Shown here: one piece after another, positions 35,901-45,616 of the stretch | How the letters are laid out: every line of letters starts with the position of its first letter | Numbering within the stretch: the first letter of the stretch is position 1 | IMG/VR virus record: IMGVR_UViG_3300007276_000047 | Location: 6,529 to 70,528 of that record | Length of the DNA: 64,000 bases | Reading direction: 5' to 3' (one strand) | From: a virus | Taxonomy: Duplodnaviria; Caudoviricetes | Notes under the pieces: generated by a model | Told to the model about the DNA's origin: nothing | Seen by the model: only the letters and a program-made list of their open reading frames with translations | The model's database searches: none | Position numbers and translations under genes: made by a program

Positions 35901-38900
35901 TATTGCTAAGGCGATAGCTGACTATAAACAACAACTCAAAGACTCTGACCGTAAGAATACTGAACCTGTTGTTTTCGAATATGGCACAGACAATAAAGAG
36001 AGCTTCATCGTAGAAGATTTAGAGCAAGCTGAAAGATTCCTTAAGCTATTTAATGAAGAAGTAAAACTTCTTAAAAAAGGCCAAACTTTAGCTATAGATA
36101 TGGCTATGGCTCACTTTAGCCCCGTACTATATGAGAAAAGACTAGCTCAGAGAGCAGCAGATAAGACGAAAGCAGCCCTAGAAAAGGAACTGGATACATC
36201 ACCAGCCGAAGAGCAACAAACAGCTCCTGAGGCAACTGAGGAGACCTCAGAGGCTTCTAAAGATGCCAAAGAAGAAATAGAACCGGTGACGGACGAAGTA
36301 GCCCCTAACACGGACGCGGTAGCGGACGATGTTAAAGGGGCGGAGGAGTCCGCACCAACAAGTGATAAAAAAGTAGTAGAGGTAAGTGTAAAAGATTTAC
36401 CTAATACCAAACAGGGCATTATAAGCGAGGGTAATGATAACGCAGCTGAGATTAAGCGTATACAAAGTACGCTAGATAAAGGTGGGCTTAAAGCTGATAA
36501 ACGTGCAGCGTTGTACGCAGAACGTAAAGTTTTGAACGCCAGACAAAAAGAACTAAAAAAGAACTTAGTAGAGTTACGTAAGAAAGAAGCAGAGGATGCT
36601 AAGAATAAGCAAGAAGAGGCGCCTAAGAATACTTTAATAAAGACAGAAGCAAAAACCGTAAACGAAGCTATATTTTCTTTACGTGAAACTCTTCGTGATA
36701 TGAATACTCCACATAGCAAAGCTATAGTGGGAATGCTTAGTGTATTAGCAGAAGCGGCAAATAAAATAGGTATACGTGTAGATACGCATGATAGTGGGGG
36801 TAAAACCCTAGGTACGTACAACGCAGAAACCAAGACTGTATCTATTGATGTATCTGTAACTAACCCGTTAGAACTAGCAGCTGTACTCGCTCAACATCTT
36901 ACTAATGCTCGCGTTAAAGATCCGGTACACCAGTACTTTAATAATCCGGCTAGTGTGAGTAAGAAACAAGGGACTGCCATTGCTTTTATATCCAAAGAAT
37001 ACACCGAATTTATGGCGGGTACTTATCCAGATGGAAGTAAGCTGAAGCAACTCCAAGATCGCTGGTTTAAGCGATCACAAAGAGAAGGAGGCTTTGCTAA
37101 TAATGTAGCTGAGTTTCCTGGTTTTGTTATTTCCTATAAAGAATTAGCTGAGCAATTGATGGATAAAGATAAAAGTCTTTATCGTAAGATTATATCGGCT
37201 ATTGGTATAGCGCTGGGTTTCGTAGGGAATGACAACAATGCTTTCGTACAGGTAATGAAAGCGGTTGAGGATATTGGCTTAGATTCCCCACAGATGGACC
37301 GTGGTGGCTTCGATCAAGGAATTCCTAACCCTGAGCCCTCTCCACAATTTGATGATGCTCCTAATATACAGGAGCGTACTGAAGCTAAAGAAGATGCGGT
37401 GCTCAAAACAGAAGAAACTCCAGAAGTATTAGAGGAAGAAGTACTGGAGGAAACTCCAGAAGTAGTGGAGGAAGAAGAATTAGATTTTGAGAAAGAAGCG
37501 GAGACAACCGAAGAAATCGTAACACAAAGGATCGAAGATACCACTACAGATATCGCGGAGATAAACCTTAAGGCTGGAGAATCCCCAGTTATAAAGTCTT
37601 TTATAAACTGGACTAAGGGGATAGTGTATCGCTTTGCAGAGAAAAGCGACTCTAGTAGTACTAGTGCTCTAAGAGCTATCGGTAAAATGTTAGGTGTACG
37701 TAAAGGAGTTAAGTATGCTGCAGGACTTATAGCCAAGACAGATGATCTATTCACTGCGATAGCTGCTGAGTTCACTAAAGAGAAAGGATTATTCGAAGAG
37801 AAGCATAAGGAAATAATTCAACGTATACAGGAATTCTCTATTGAGTTTTCAGATGCCTTAGACACATTAACCCCTGAATTAGCTGCCGGAGGCAAAGGAC
37901 TACAACCAGGGAACAAAACAGACCAAAAGAATCAAATAGGTTTATTCGCTCAGCTAGTTAACCGATCACCTACCTATGGTTTCTTAAGTGTAGACAATGA
38001 GCTAGCTCCTGTTTTAAAAGATGCTATGGCTATGGCCATGCTGGAATGGGTTAGGATGAATGGCTCTTCTTCCATGTTTCAAACTGAAGCGGATGTACAT
38101 AGATTCTTAGGTACTGAGGCTAATCAAGGAGATGTAAACAGCAAGGCTATTACTCGTCTAATGAGTATGGGTATGCATGCTGTAACCCAGGAAACCATGG
38201 TTGGTTTGATGATCTTAAAGATGTTAGATCTTAAACAAGATCCGGATAAGAAATTGGACGGTATGTGGGAAGCAAGATTAGCTCAATCCTTAGGAACTAT
38301 GGCTTTCATAGCTATGGCTAATATGGAGAGCTCCCCTAAGAAAGGGCCTAAAGTAAATAGAGGATATCTTGAGTACAAAACAATAAGTGTAAGCGATATT
38401 AATAAGCTTACAGGCCAAACCGTTATCGGTGAAGATATAGACGAAGAATCAGGTGAAGATAAACGGGTTGTAACTTTCCTAAAGATACCTAATGTAGTCG
38501 ACGATCGGGGCTTACCGGTTAGAAACTTATCTGCTAAAGGTGGGTATGCTGTATCTGGAAGTGTTCAAACTCTTTTTGATATCACTAAGAGTGAAGAATT
38601 TAAATTTGTAATAGGTAAGATTACGGGTAGTGACGCACGTAGAAGTGGAGGAGTATCTCCTGTTCCTTTCGAGGTTAAGCAAGGGGACTATGTAACTAAT
38701 AGTAGTTCACAGTTAACTCCGGAAGCTATAGATGATATTAATCGACTTAATAAGCATGCCTTAGTCAAAAATAATCAATGGAAATTGATGAAAACCTTGC
38801 TTGCTAAGGGAGATGAAGGGCGTAAAGAGTGGCTTGTATTACAAGGCTGGATGCAACCAGAAGTAAACAAAGAGGGTAAAGAATCTTTCCCCGATATGCA

Positions 38901-41900
38901 CGAAGCAGATGAAACTTCACAACTAGGCCGGAACATTGGTTTAGAAGGGGAACTCGATCGAATGTTACGCTTTGAAGCAGAATGGGCTGCAGACTACGAG
39001 AGCGCAGTAGTAGAGTTACAAACAGAACTAGCCTTCCAAAGTGAGCTGGCACTAGCGGGATCTACTCGGGATATACAAGCTGGAAAGGAAAGGATAGATG
39101 CTCTGCAAGCAGAAGTAGATGCTTATGCTAACGGCGATATATATTTAGAGCACCACGCTATTAGAACTGGCCGTATAAACGACAAGTCACGTACATTGTC
39201 TTACCAGCGTTCTAAGTCGCACCGTAATGCTATGAGTCTTAAGAAGAATATAGAGCTTATAGACGTAAACAATGCAGACCATGTACTAAGACTAAAAGCT
39301 GCATTAGTAGATCCTTTAGGACTCAATAAGAAAAGATTCAAAGCAGATAACCAAGAAGAGTTTGCGCGTAAAATAATGGACGATGAGGGTAATTTCCCTG
39401 ATCCAGTTATTGCCGCAGCTGTGGAGTATTTACAACTGAGTGAAGAAGATAAACAAAATACATCTTCAGAGCCTTTGGCTAAAGCAGTGGAACAACTAAA
39501 GGAAAAATCTCATTCTTTAAGTGCGCTTATGACCTTATCAGACTGGTCTAAAACCATTAAACAAGCTAAAGAAGACCCCCTACAAAGTGTCTTTGTATCC
39601 CATGCTTACGCTGAGGTCGATGGAACTACTAACGGCGTACAAGCATCTACTAGACAACTAGCTGGTGGATTCAAAGTAGAGGATATGAATGATCCAAAAT
39701 CAGCTACCTATGCTTTAATGAATTTACTAAGAGCGGGCGGACATATATTCGAAGGTGATGGATTTGAAGAAGCCATGGATTACCTAGAAAAGAATGACGA
39801 TGCGTATGAAAACCTAGGCCGTTTAGCTCAGAAAAAATTTGCTCCATTAATGACGGGAGCTTATGAAGGTAAAAGTGTAGAGGACTTAAAGGCATTAGTG
39901 GAAGAGCGAGAAAAAGTCCTGGATGAGATGTATAAGCAAGAGGATAGTAGGCCAACTCCCGCAGATATTCAAAAAGCAGAGCAGGATATAGCTGATGCTA
40001 AAGGCGCTATAGGTGTAGCTATGTTTGGAACTACCCTACCTAAGTTTGGTAGTATAGAAGGTGGAGATACCTTAGGAGCTACAAGAGAGGAAGCTAAAAC
40101 CATTCGAGAGCTGATGAAAGCTATCGTTATGCCAGGCGGTTACCAAGCAGGAGACTATGCTCTAGCTAAAGTATTATTTGAATCTTGGTTACGTCAAGTT
40201 TACCGGGGTATGAATGAGGGATCTATAGCAGAGATAAATGCTGTATTAGCTAATGCAGGTATTACTAACTTCAGAGTTAACACAGCCAATAAAAGAAAAG
40301 TATTTCCTGCTCATGTGATAGCCAAACTAAGGGAGGAATACATTAATTCTATTGGTTTCACAATAACCGCAGCATACAGAGAATCTACCGGTGAGTTCGA
40401 TCAGAATGCTAAGATCGTTAACGCCAGCTTTAATATTCAAGGCATAGTAGTCGCGGCTATCCAGAAAAAAGCACTTGCTGATTTAGAGGCTACGAAAGGG
40501 CGAGCTCTTACACCAGAAGAAATTATGGAGGAGAAGCAAAGACTGCATAAGCTAGGTGTATTCGTTGGCATTAAACAAGCTACTGCTACTGGTCCTGCAG
40601 ATTCTATAGCTATTATGCGTACTGAATGGGAAGAGACTCCTAAGGATAGCGGCGGGTATGTTTATACTCCTTTGGCTAAAGGCAAAATGCGTTCAAAGCT
40701 ATATGGTTTATTCCCTGACGAATTTGGATTGAAGAATGACTTTGGAGTAAAAGATGGAAATGTGGAAACAGAAAGCCGTACTGCTAGATTGCGTAGGGAA
40801 GTTCCTTCTGCAGATATAGGTGTACGTGGTTTACTTACATCTATTATTAATATGGATTCTATAACTAATGCTTTAGCTGGCGCCGAGAGTAATTCTGTAC
40901 GTGGTAATTTATACGATGCTGTAATAACTGGTGTACTAAATGCTGCTACAGAAGCTGAAATAACTAATAAGGTATGGAATGACTTACACAATGATTTCTC
41001 ATTGTGGAATGCTGCGGATACACAATTAGATAAGTTAATGGATATTCTTCGTAAAGATCACGCAGAGTTAACTAAAGATATACACACAGCTATCGGTACG
41101 TTTCTAAAGAAAGAGGAGAAAGTAACCAGCTACTCTGATGACTTCTCTGAAGAGATCACTACTAAGACTGGGAATAGACACGCCCCTACTTACGTAAATG
41201 AGCAGGGTTATAAAAGGTACTTTAAAAGCTACGCTGACTTCAGTAAACACTTTAAACAAGAAGTTAAAAAAGGAGATGAGCAGAGAAAGCTCATTAATAG
41301 CTTAATTCGAAAGGTAGAACAATTCGTATCTCTGACGCCTAAACAAGGTGGCCATACGGTTAAGAAAGTAAAAACTGATGGCGAGAATGTTCAGGGATCT
41401 GCAGGTGCAGACGGACGGATCGACATGGAGACTTTTGCACATATTCGAAGTTCTCCTGCTACTCCAGAGATAATACGCAACTTATTTAACGAATACGTAA
41501 ATAGACCTAATAACCCGGAAGGAGTTAATGATAGTCCTGAACACATAGAGAATTTAAACAAGCTAATGCGGGAACATATTATACCTATGTTAACCCAAGT
41601 AGCTGGTTACTCTATTAAAGTGGACCGAGGAGAAGGTACATTAGGCGGCTTAATAGATAACGATACTAAAACTATATTTATACGCTCTAGCGATACAGCT
41701 ATTCGTAGGTTTGGTACTGATATGAGCGACGCTGAGGTATTAACCCATGAGCTATTACACCCGATTGTTAGGGCTGGTTTAGCGGGTAATACAGCAGCCT
41801 TACGTACGTTAGCTGCACTACAAAAAGCTGCTAGGGATTCCAATAAGTTTACTGTAGCCAACTTAATGGATAGTACTACTGATGACTCTGAAGGGGCAAA

Positions 41901-44727
41901 AGCTCGAGCAGAAGCTTTGTACGACTACGTTAACGGGGACATAGAAGAGTTTATGGTCTTTGGATTATCTAACGATCGTGTGCGGACACTATTGGAAAAG
42001 GTAACTGTACAGGGCAAAAAGAAAGCCGGAATAATAGAAGGCATGCTTAATGTTCTACGTGATCTAGTAAGTCGGTTAATGGGTAGGACACCTACTGCGC
42101 GTACGGAGCCTAGTAACGTTAGGGCTGAAATCGATACGTTAATCAAGAGCTTCGAAACAACTACTAGTATCCATAGACTACGGCAAGCAGTAGAGTACCC
42201 GGTTAAGAATAAAGTGGCTGTTGCAGTATCTAAGGCACTAGCGGATAACGTAGGTACCCCCTATTCAGAATGGAGTAAATCTCCGACTTTTGTGCCTGGC
42301 CAACGTATTACTGCTAAAGAGGCGGCGATAGTTATAGCCAAGACACCGGGTAAGTTATCTAATGGTGAAATTCAGAAGAGCGCGGATAAGTTAGTAAGGG
42401 AAATAACAGATACTAGAACTGACCCTGTTAGCGGCTTAGCTAATGAAGTCTTAGGCGCTACAGAAGTAGATCGGCCTATACATGCAGACCTTAGCGAAAA
42501 TAATGAACAGATAGATGCTCGTTCAATACAGAGAGAAGCTGTTACAAAGAAGACTCTAAGTAACGGATTCATTAAAGAAGTAAGTGTAGGCATGCAGCGG
42601 CTGTTAACGGATACTCTTATCCGAGGAGGCCTTAGGGTCTTTAAGATGCCTATGGTTGAGCTAGCTAATCTCGTAGGAGATACAAAAGCAGTAGACGCAC
42701 GTATAGCGCAAACATTATCTGCACTAAACTCTACGAACAAGGATTGGATTAATAACCAGGCTATGAGTTTAGCCAACGTAATGATGAATGGTAAAGCTTT
42801 GGATATTGTGGGTAATCTAGGTAATCCAAATGCATATGCTATTGCTGTGGGTATTAATAATACTCTAGGGGCTAACGCAGGTAGATTTGATGCAGACGAT
42901 ACTCAATTAGTAGCTGAGCTCCGTAGTTTATATGCCATTAAGCTAATGAGCGACGAGACAAGAAATAAACTAGAGGACATCATTAGGAAGGAACCCCATG
43001 GTATTCAGGGTTTACTTGAGATGGATGAGCTAAATTACAGAGAAGCTCTACAGCTGCAATACAAGGATGACAAATCCAGACCGGTAGACGGCTTCGTAAG
43101 AACTAAAACACAGAATAGATCTACGTTCGTGATTAAACCAAGAAGAGAGCATGCAGAATTAGAAGCTGCAGGGTTTACCTTGGTTAAGACTTTAGGACCA
43201 TATTTAGCTACGTACTCTAGACCGGAAATTCCGATGGAGGAGTATCAGAAAGGAGCTTTTAGTTTAGCTAATAGTAACTTAGAAGGAACATTCGTTACAC
43301 GTAGAGATAGAATCGGTACAGGAGGTCCTAATTTGATCCCTGTCTTACGTGGAGGTGAAGTAGTAGGCTACCGAGCTATATTAGATAAAGAAACTCGTGA
43401 GCTCGAAATGGGGCCTTCTGAAGGAGTATTTGATACTCTAGCGAACCAGGCTGGACGTAATATACGTTTACCGAAGGGTAATGCTGCGAATGCTAAGTTA
43501 GTAAAAACACTCTACGATGACTATAGTGAAAATAGAAAGAGTAATCCTAAAGCTTTCTTACGTCTAAGTGCTAAGTCGACTAATCGACAAATAGCAGAGT
43601 TCGTTAAACTCATGCCGCAGGAGATGCGGGACGAGATACAAGAGCTATGGGGCGGAGATATGTACATCCGTAAAAGCCAACTCAATTTACTTATTGGATA
43701 TAGGAAATTGTCTATAGTGGACGCCTATAACCGTGGTCGAGTAGATAGAGGCCATGAAGAAATGAATAAGGCTATTGCTGAGACTATTAAATTAGCTGAA
43801 ACTACGTGGCAGGAACTTATTGGTATAGTGAAGCACAGAACGGTTATCTTCACTCCTACAGTATTTACAGCTAACTTTTTATCTAACCTAGCGGTATCTG
43901 TATTACAGGGTATGAACCCTGTAGATGTTGTACGCTGGCAAAAAGAAGGCTTAAGTGCCATTTTACAGTACACTTCTTGGCAACGAGATTTAGCTGAAGT
44001 TCAGTTAGAATATGATCTCGGTAGGGACATGGCTAAGAACAAGAAGGAAATTAAGCGGTTGGAGAATGTGATGGCCGCATCGGGAATTCACAATATGATG
44101 GAAGCAGGAATGTTCCAAAGTATTGTAGAGGATATTGATTTATCTGGAGAGACTTCGGCAGGACCCTTAGATGGTGCGTTACTTAGTAAATTGCCTATCT
44201 CCGTAAAAGATACGATAGCAGACAGTTATAAGAGCTCCCCTAAGTTACTACAGAAAGGCGTTGCAACTGTAATGCTTCATCCGTCTACTAAACTAGGTGC
44301 TCAAATACAGGCAGCTACTGCTTATTCTGATTTTGTGGCCAGGTATGCGCTAATGAAGCACTTAGATAAAGAAGGTGTGAGTGAAGCAGACGCTATGGTG
44401 CAAGCAAGAGAAACCTTTGTAGACTACGCTCCTAATACATCTAGAGAGCTACAGTACATAAATGATATGGGCTTTTATATGTATACCAAATTCCTGTTGA
44501 GAATCCAGGCGGTAATTATGAGAGCATTTAAGGAACGGCCAGGCAGTGTAATTGGTTTCGAACTAGCGCAGCAAATACTGGGTGACTATCCAGATGTAGT
44601 GGACTCGAGCTTAGCTTTTGGATTATCAATGAGTGGCGGCCGGAGTCAGAATCCATTCGAGGTATTAGAGATGATTTCGCAGTTTCCTCTAGCTTATCTG
44701 TTCCGTGGTGCACTGGATTTGTTATAA
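32962..44727 (+). CDS. Virion-encapsidated RNA polymerase (N4 gp50-like), 3921 aa
   Basis: No Cys found on reading the whole protein. T7-like motifs RTGRIN, EVDGTTNG (A), RELMKAIVMPGGY (B; R..K..Y spacing as in N4) and NLYDA (C). Confidence 0.95.
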   Translation: MANPLDNPAVNRGVKSLKPADSVAIAGEKYKEDLNVITPITQAELDALSSSPQSITIYEDGEIANRGRITDGDSFTGERLAFNYRTQGEDHRSLDTWEVFDPRKNYEHKDVRKKMDKQRAELARRYGVPLEDISDEDVFLRGALAKSNFEDRVRDAGGAFRREGETKDSTLATDRRRMGEALLDSQNQDIRDAMNNPMDNASFFSRYNVAGRLTNTYGSSRRRPGEDRSDVEARLDGVENTSTQYMQDTADSMAGGLGDAFAKPIAIVGAKSKDGGTGQVITADDERIFKEIGDLRQQAKILGRQAHSEAKFAQKNARIDSEEAAAIAGLRGELAPIDVDLYRDSGVKSAEEFENEIIKNNLNKEQRDFINQVSTYGDITKGGSGQSRAYDILTERARIRGDINKAIGETGDKGLAVLGASLQHVFGNENYSTAMEKNEQFMKERTYIDPVTGASDIKGLANRAIVNDSDSNPELIAEREASKKAWTEGEYGKAAYHWVNGAKVKLSDGTGAAFIAAAESIPSMVGLVRLPKLVGIGMASDKYEESREAFYELNGEYPDRDQSDIQAGLAVLSTYAERGGAELAIGKGIKGIAGEKAGKLAKDLSEKIAAKTGVTVGMGAAFVAGSLAEGGEEMLVSFLDQAAARQGQDSLFDIDEVFTAWTTGVAAGAVTKAIMESPKVPQAIKNDLLAFMEKTGLKLPEGSVTPKAHKKKLDAVLQFAAEDSNQDIDTISTPRPQLDDNVDTEIDFDSEESIASADSNSTSTKTSRERRIEQTERAETLIAGDLTDPTIKAKAKAAVEQARIALINELSELDPDEQDKAKRKADSVSIAESEAALGAIASMEREINNVESVGGSIPVNDTGDVGLLFSDGNLEPDVQGSAPGKKADTASLNKYAADLIARLKQYDTDVKVIQDSNRKNAKQVRGESLGTRTNVKGKKGLGAHLMSMGQAVVDNSRTMANAVVKDLSKFVTLQREKQKGIAKAIADYKQQLKDSDRKNTEPVVFEYGTDNKESFIVEDLEQAERFLKLFNEEVKLLKKGQTLAIDMAMAHFSPVLYEKRLAQRAADKTKAALEKELDTSPAEEQQTAPEATEETSEASKDAKEEIEPVTDEVAPNTDAVADDVKGAEESAPTSDKKVVEVSVKDLPNTKQGIISEGNDNAAEIKRIQSTLDKGGLKADKRAALYAERKVLNARQKELKKNLVELRKKEAEDAKNKQEEAPKNTLIKTEAKTVNEAIFSLRETLRDMNTPHSKAIVGMLSVLAEAANKIGIRVDTHDSGGKTLGTYNAETKTVSIDVSVTNPLELAAVLAQHLTNARVKDPVHQYFNNPASVSKKQGTAIAFISKEYTEFMAGTYPDGSKLKQLQDRWFKRSQREGGFANNVAEFPGFVISYKELAEQLMDKDKSLYRKIISAIGIALGFVGNDNNAFVQVMKAVEDIGLDSPQMDRGGFDQGIPNPEPSPQFDDAPNIQERTEAKEDAVLKTEETPEVLEEEVLEETPEVVEEEELDFEKEAETTEEIVTQRIEDTTTDIAEINLKAGESPVIKSFINWTKGIVYRFAEKSDSSSTSALRAIGKMLGVRKGVKYAAGLIAKTDDLFTAIAAEFTKEKGLFEEKHKEIIQRIQEFSIEFSDALDTLTPELAAGGKGLQPGNKTDQKNQIGLFAQLVNRSPTYGFLSVDNELAPVLKDAMAMAMLEWVRMNGSSSMFQTEADVHRFLGTEANQGDVNSKAITRLMSMGMHAVTQETMVGLMILKMLDLKQDPDKKLDGMWEARLAQSLGTMAFIAMANMESSPKKGPKVNRGYLEYKTISVSDINKLTGQTVIGEDIDEESGEDKRVVTFLKIPNVVDDRGLPVRNLSAKGGYAVSGSVQTLFDITKSEEFKFVIGKITGSDARRSGGVSPVPFEVKQGDYVTNSSSQLTPEAIDDINRLNKHALVKNNQWKLMKTLLAKGDEGRKEWLVLQGWMQPEVNKEGKESFPDMHEADETSQLGRNIGLEGELDRMLRFEAEWAADYESAVVELQTELAFQSELALAGSTRDIQAGKERIDALQAEVDAYANGDIYLEHHAIRTGRINDKSRTLSYQRSKSHRNAMSLKKNIELIDVNNADHVLRLKAALVDPLGLNKKRFKADNQEEFARKIMDDEGNFPDPVIAAAVEYLQLSEEDKQNTSSEPLAKAVEQLKEKSHSLSALMTLSDWSKTIKQAKEDPLQSVFVSHAYAEVDGTTNGVQASTRQLAGGFKVEDMNDPKSATYALMNLLRAGGHIFEGDGFEEAMDYLEKNDDAYENLGRLAQKKFAPLMTGAYEGKSVEDLKALVEEREKVLDEMYKQEDSRPTPADIQKAEQDIADAKGAIGVAMFGTTLPKFGSIEGGDTLGATREEAKTIRELMKAIVMPGGYQAGDYALAKVLFESWLRQVYRGMNEGSIAEINAVLANAGITNFRVNTANKRKVFPAHVIAKLREEYINSIGFTITAAYRESTGEFDQNAKIVNASFNIQGIVVAAIQKKALADLEATKGRALTPEEIMEEKQRLHKLGVFVGIKQATATGPADSIAIMRTEWEETPKDSGGYVYTPLAKGKMRSKLYGLFPDEFGLKNDFGVKDGNVETESRTARLRREVPSADIGVRGLLTSIINMDSITNALAGAESNSVRGNLYDAVITGVLNAATEAEITNKVWNDLHNDFSLWNAADTQLDKLMDILRKDHAELTKDIHTAIGTFLKKEEKVTSYSDDFSEEITTKTGNRHAPTYVNEQGYKRYFKSYADFSKHFKQEVKKGDEQRKLINSLIRKVEQFVSLTPKQGGHTVKKVKTDGENVQGSAGADGRIDMETFAHIRSSPATPEIIRNLFNEYVNRPNNPEGVNDSPEHIENLNKLMREHIIPMLTQVAGYSIKVDRGEGTLGGLIDNDTKTIFIRSSDTAIRRFGTDMSDAEVLTHELLHPIVRAGLAGNTAALRTLAALQKAARDSNKFTVANLMDSTTDDSEGAKARAEALYDYVNGDIEEFMVFGLSNDRVRTLLEKVTVQGKKKAGIIEGMLNVLRDLVSRLMGRTPTARTEPSNVRAEIDTLIKSFETTTSIHRLRQAVEYPVKNKVAVAVSKALADNVGTPYSEWSKSPTFVPGQRITAKEAAIVIAKTPGKLSNGEIQKSADKLVREITDTRTDPVSGLANEVLGATEVDRPIHADLSENNEQIDARSIQREAVTKKTLSNGFIKEVSVGMQRLLTDTLIRGGLRVFKMPMVELANLVGDTKAVDARIAQTLSALNSTNKDWINNQAMSLANVMMNGKALDIVGNLGNPNAYAIAVGINNTLGANAGRFDADDTQLVAELRSLYAIKLMSDETRNKLEDIIRKEPHGIQGLLEMDELNYREALQLQYKDDKSRPVDGFVRTKTQNRSTFVIKPRREHAELEAAGFTLVKTLGPYLATYSRPEIPMEEYQKGAFSLANSNLEGTFVTRRDRIGTGGPNLIPVLRGGEVVGYRAILDKETRELEMGPSEGVFDTLANQAGRNIRLPKGNAANAKLVKTLYDDYSENRKSNPKAFLRLSAKSTNRQIAEFVKLMPQEMRDEIQELWGGDMYIRKSQLNLLIGYRKLSIVDAYNRGRVDRGHEEMNKAIAETIKLAETTWQELIGIVKHRTVIFTPTVFTANFLSNLAVSVLQGMNPVDVVRWQKEGLSAILQYTSWQRDLAEVQLEYDLGRDMAKNKKEIKRLENVMAASGIHNMMEAGMFQSIVEDIDLSGETSAGPLDGALLSKLPISVKDTIADSYKSSPKLLQKGVATVMLHPSTKLGAQIQAATAYSDFVARYALMKHLDKEGVSEADAMVQARETFVDYAPNTSRELQYINDMGFYMYTKFLLRIQAVIMRAFKERPGSVIGFELAQQILGDYPDVVDSSLAFGLSMSGGRSQNPFEVLEMISQFPLAYLFRGALDLL

Positions 44728-44733
44728 ACAATT

Positions 44734-44760
44734 AAAAAACCCCCACCATTACGGTGGGGG
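44734..44760 (-). terminator. Terminator between the convergent late and replication blocks
   Basis: CCCCCACC-GTAAT-GGTGGGGG-T6 on the minus strand. Confidence 0.85.
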
Positions 44761-44836
44761 CTAATTAAAGGTTTCTCTGGCAACGGATGAAACCATATCC
44801 GCTCAAACCCATCAGGTTGCCAGTACCTGCGGAGGA

Positions 44837-44992
44837 TTAGGTATCCTTATCTTCTTTATCTTTATCATCGGCATCTCCTATAAACATAACAAAGAATACT
44901 CCGACTAAGACTAAAAATATTGAAGGCAACGTGTAGACTATTCCTGCGGCTAGCGCTACAGCTGCTCCAAAGGCGGCAGCTAGGCTACGCAT
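44837..44992 (-). CDS. 51-aa membrane protein with highly charged tail, not in ORF track
   Basis: MRSLAAAFGAAVALAAGIVYTLPSIFLVLVGVFFVMFIGDADDKDKEDKDT. TAATG overlap with the upstream gene. Confidence 0.6.
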   Translation of the reverse strand: MRSLAAAFGAAVALAAGIVYTLPSIFLVLVGVFFVMFIGDADDKDKEDKDT

Positions 44993-45480
44993 TATGTATC
45001 TACTTCACTAAAGTCAAATGGGTTAACTTTAGCCGGAGCTACTTCTGAATCAGAATCTGCTATCTCTAGCGTATCTGTGCTAAACGGAGCCTTTTCAGGT
45101 AGGCCCTCTTTCTTTTTAACTTCAGCTATAGTAGCTTCCTTCGTGGCTGGTTCGAAAGGAGTATCTCCTTTATCTTCTACTGGAGCTTTAACTTCAGGCT
45201 CTTCAGTAGACTCTTCTTGTGTAAGCTTCTTACTCGCTTTCTTTGAAGTCTTCTTTCGTCTACGCTTAATAGGCGGTTTATTACCAACTACATTTTCTAT
45301 AGTCAGTGTAAGCCCTGTCTTATTAAAGCTGGAGACTACTGTCGTTGGATCAAATTCATGACCGTTATCATTGAGGGTATCTAAAGCGATCTCCACTAAC
45401 TGGGCATTTGTAAATGAAACGTTAACTGTAGAAGACAATACAAAAGGCAGCTCAAGCTGTTTATCATTTTGATCGTCCAT
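44992..45480 (-). CDS. Hypothetical protein with low-complexity K/E-rich tail
   Basis: 162 aa with SD AAGGA; follows SSB. Confidence 0.7.
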   Translation of the reverse strand: MDDQNDKQLELPFVLSSTVNVSFTNAQLVEIALDTLNDNGHEFDPTTVVSSFNKTGLTLTIENVVGNKPPIKRRRKKTSKKASKKLTQEESTEEPEVKAPVEDKGDTPFEPATKEATIAEVKKKEGLPEKAPFSTDTLEIADSDSEVAPAKVNPFDFSEVDT

Positions 45481-45616
45481 ATTTATTCCTTTAATTGTTG
45501 TACTCAGAATCCAATCGAGGTACAGTTAATACCGAGGTGGTTTCCTTGTAGTGAGTGTAGGGTTGGTTACCCGAACGATAGATACCCCGGCTTCGTGCCG
45601 GGGCTCTATTTACCGT

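Noticed and set aside
33276-44731. Many minus-strand ORFs of 60-228 aa inside the vRNAP gene, and similar antisense ORFs inside capsid, portal, RNR and early genes
   Set aside because: They are shadow frames of long coding genes: S/L/A-rich, without SD signals or recognisable motifs.
44770-44823. Hammerhead-like words CTGATG and GAAAC; HDV-like topology
   Set aside because: A9 of the hammerhead core is missing and stem II cannot form between the two words. The loop does not fit the HDV L3 consensus.
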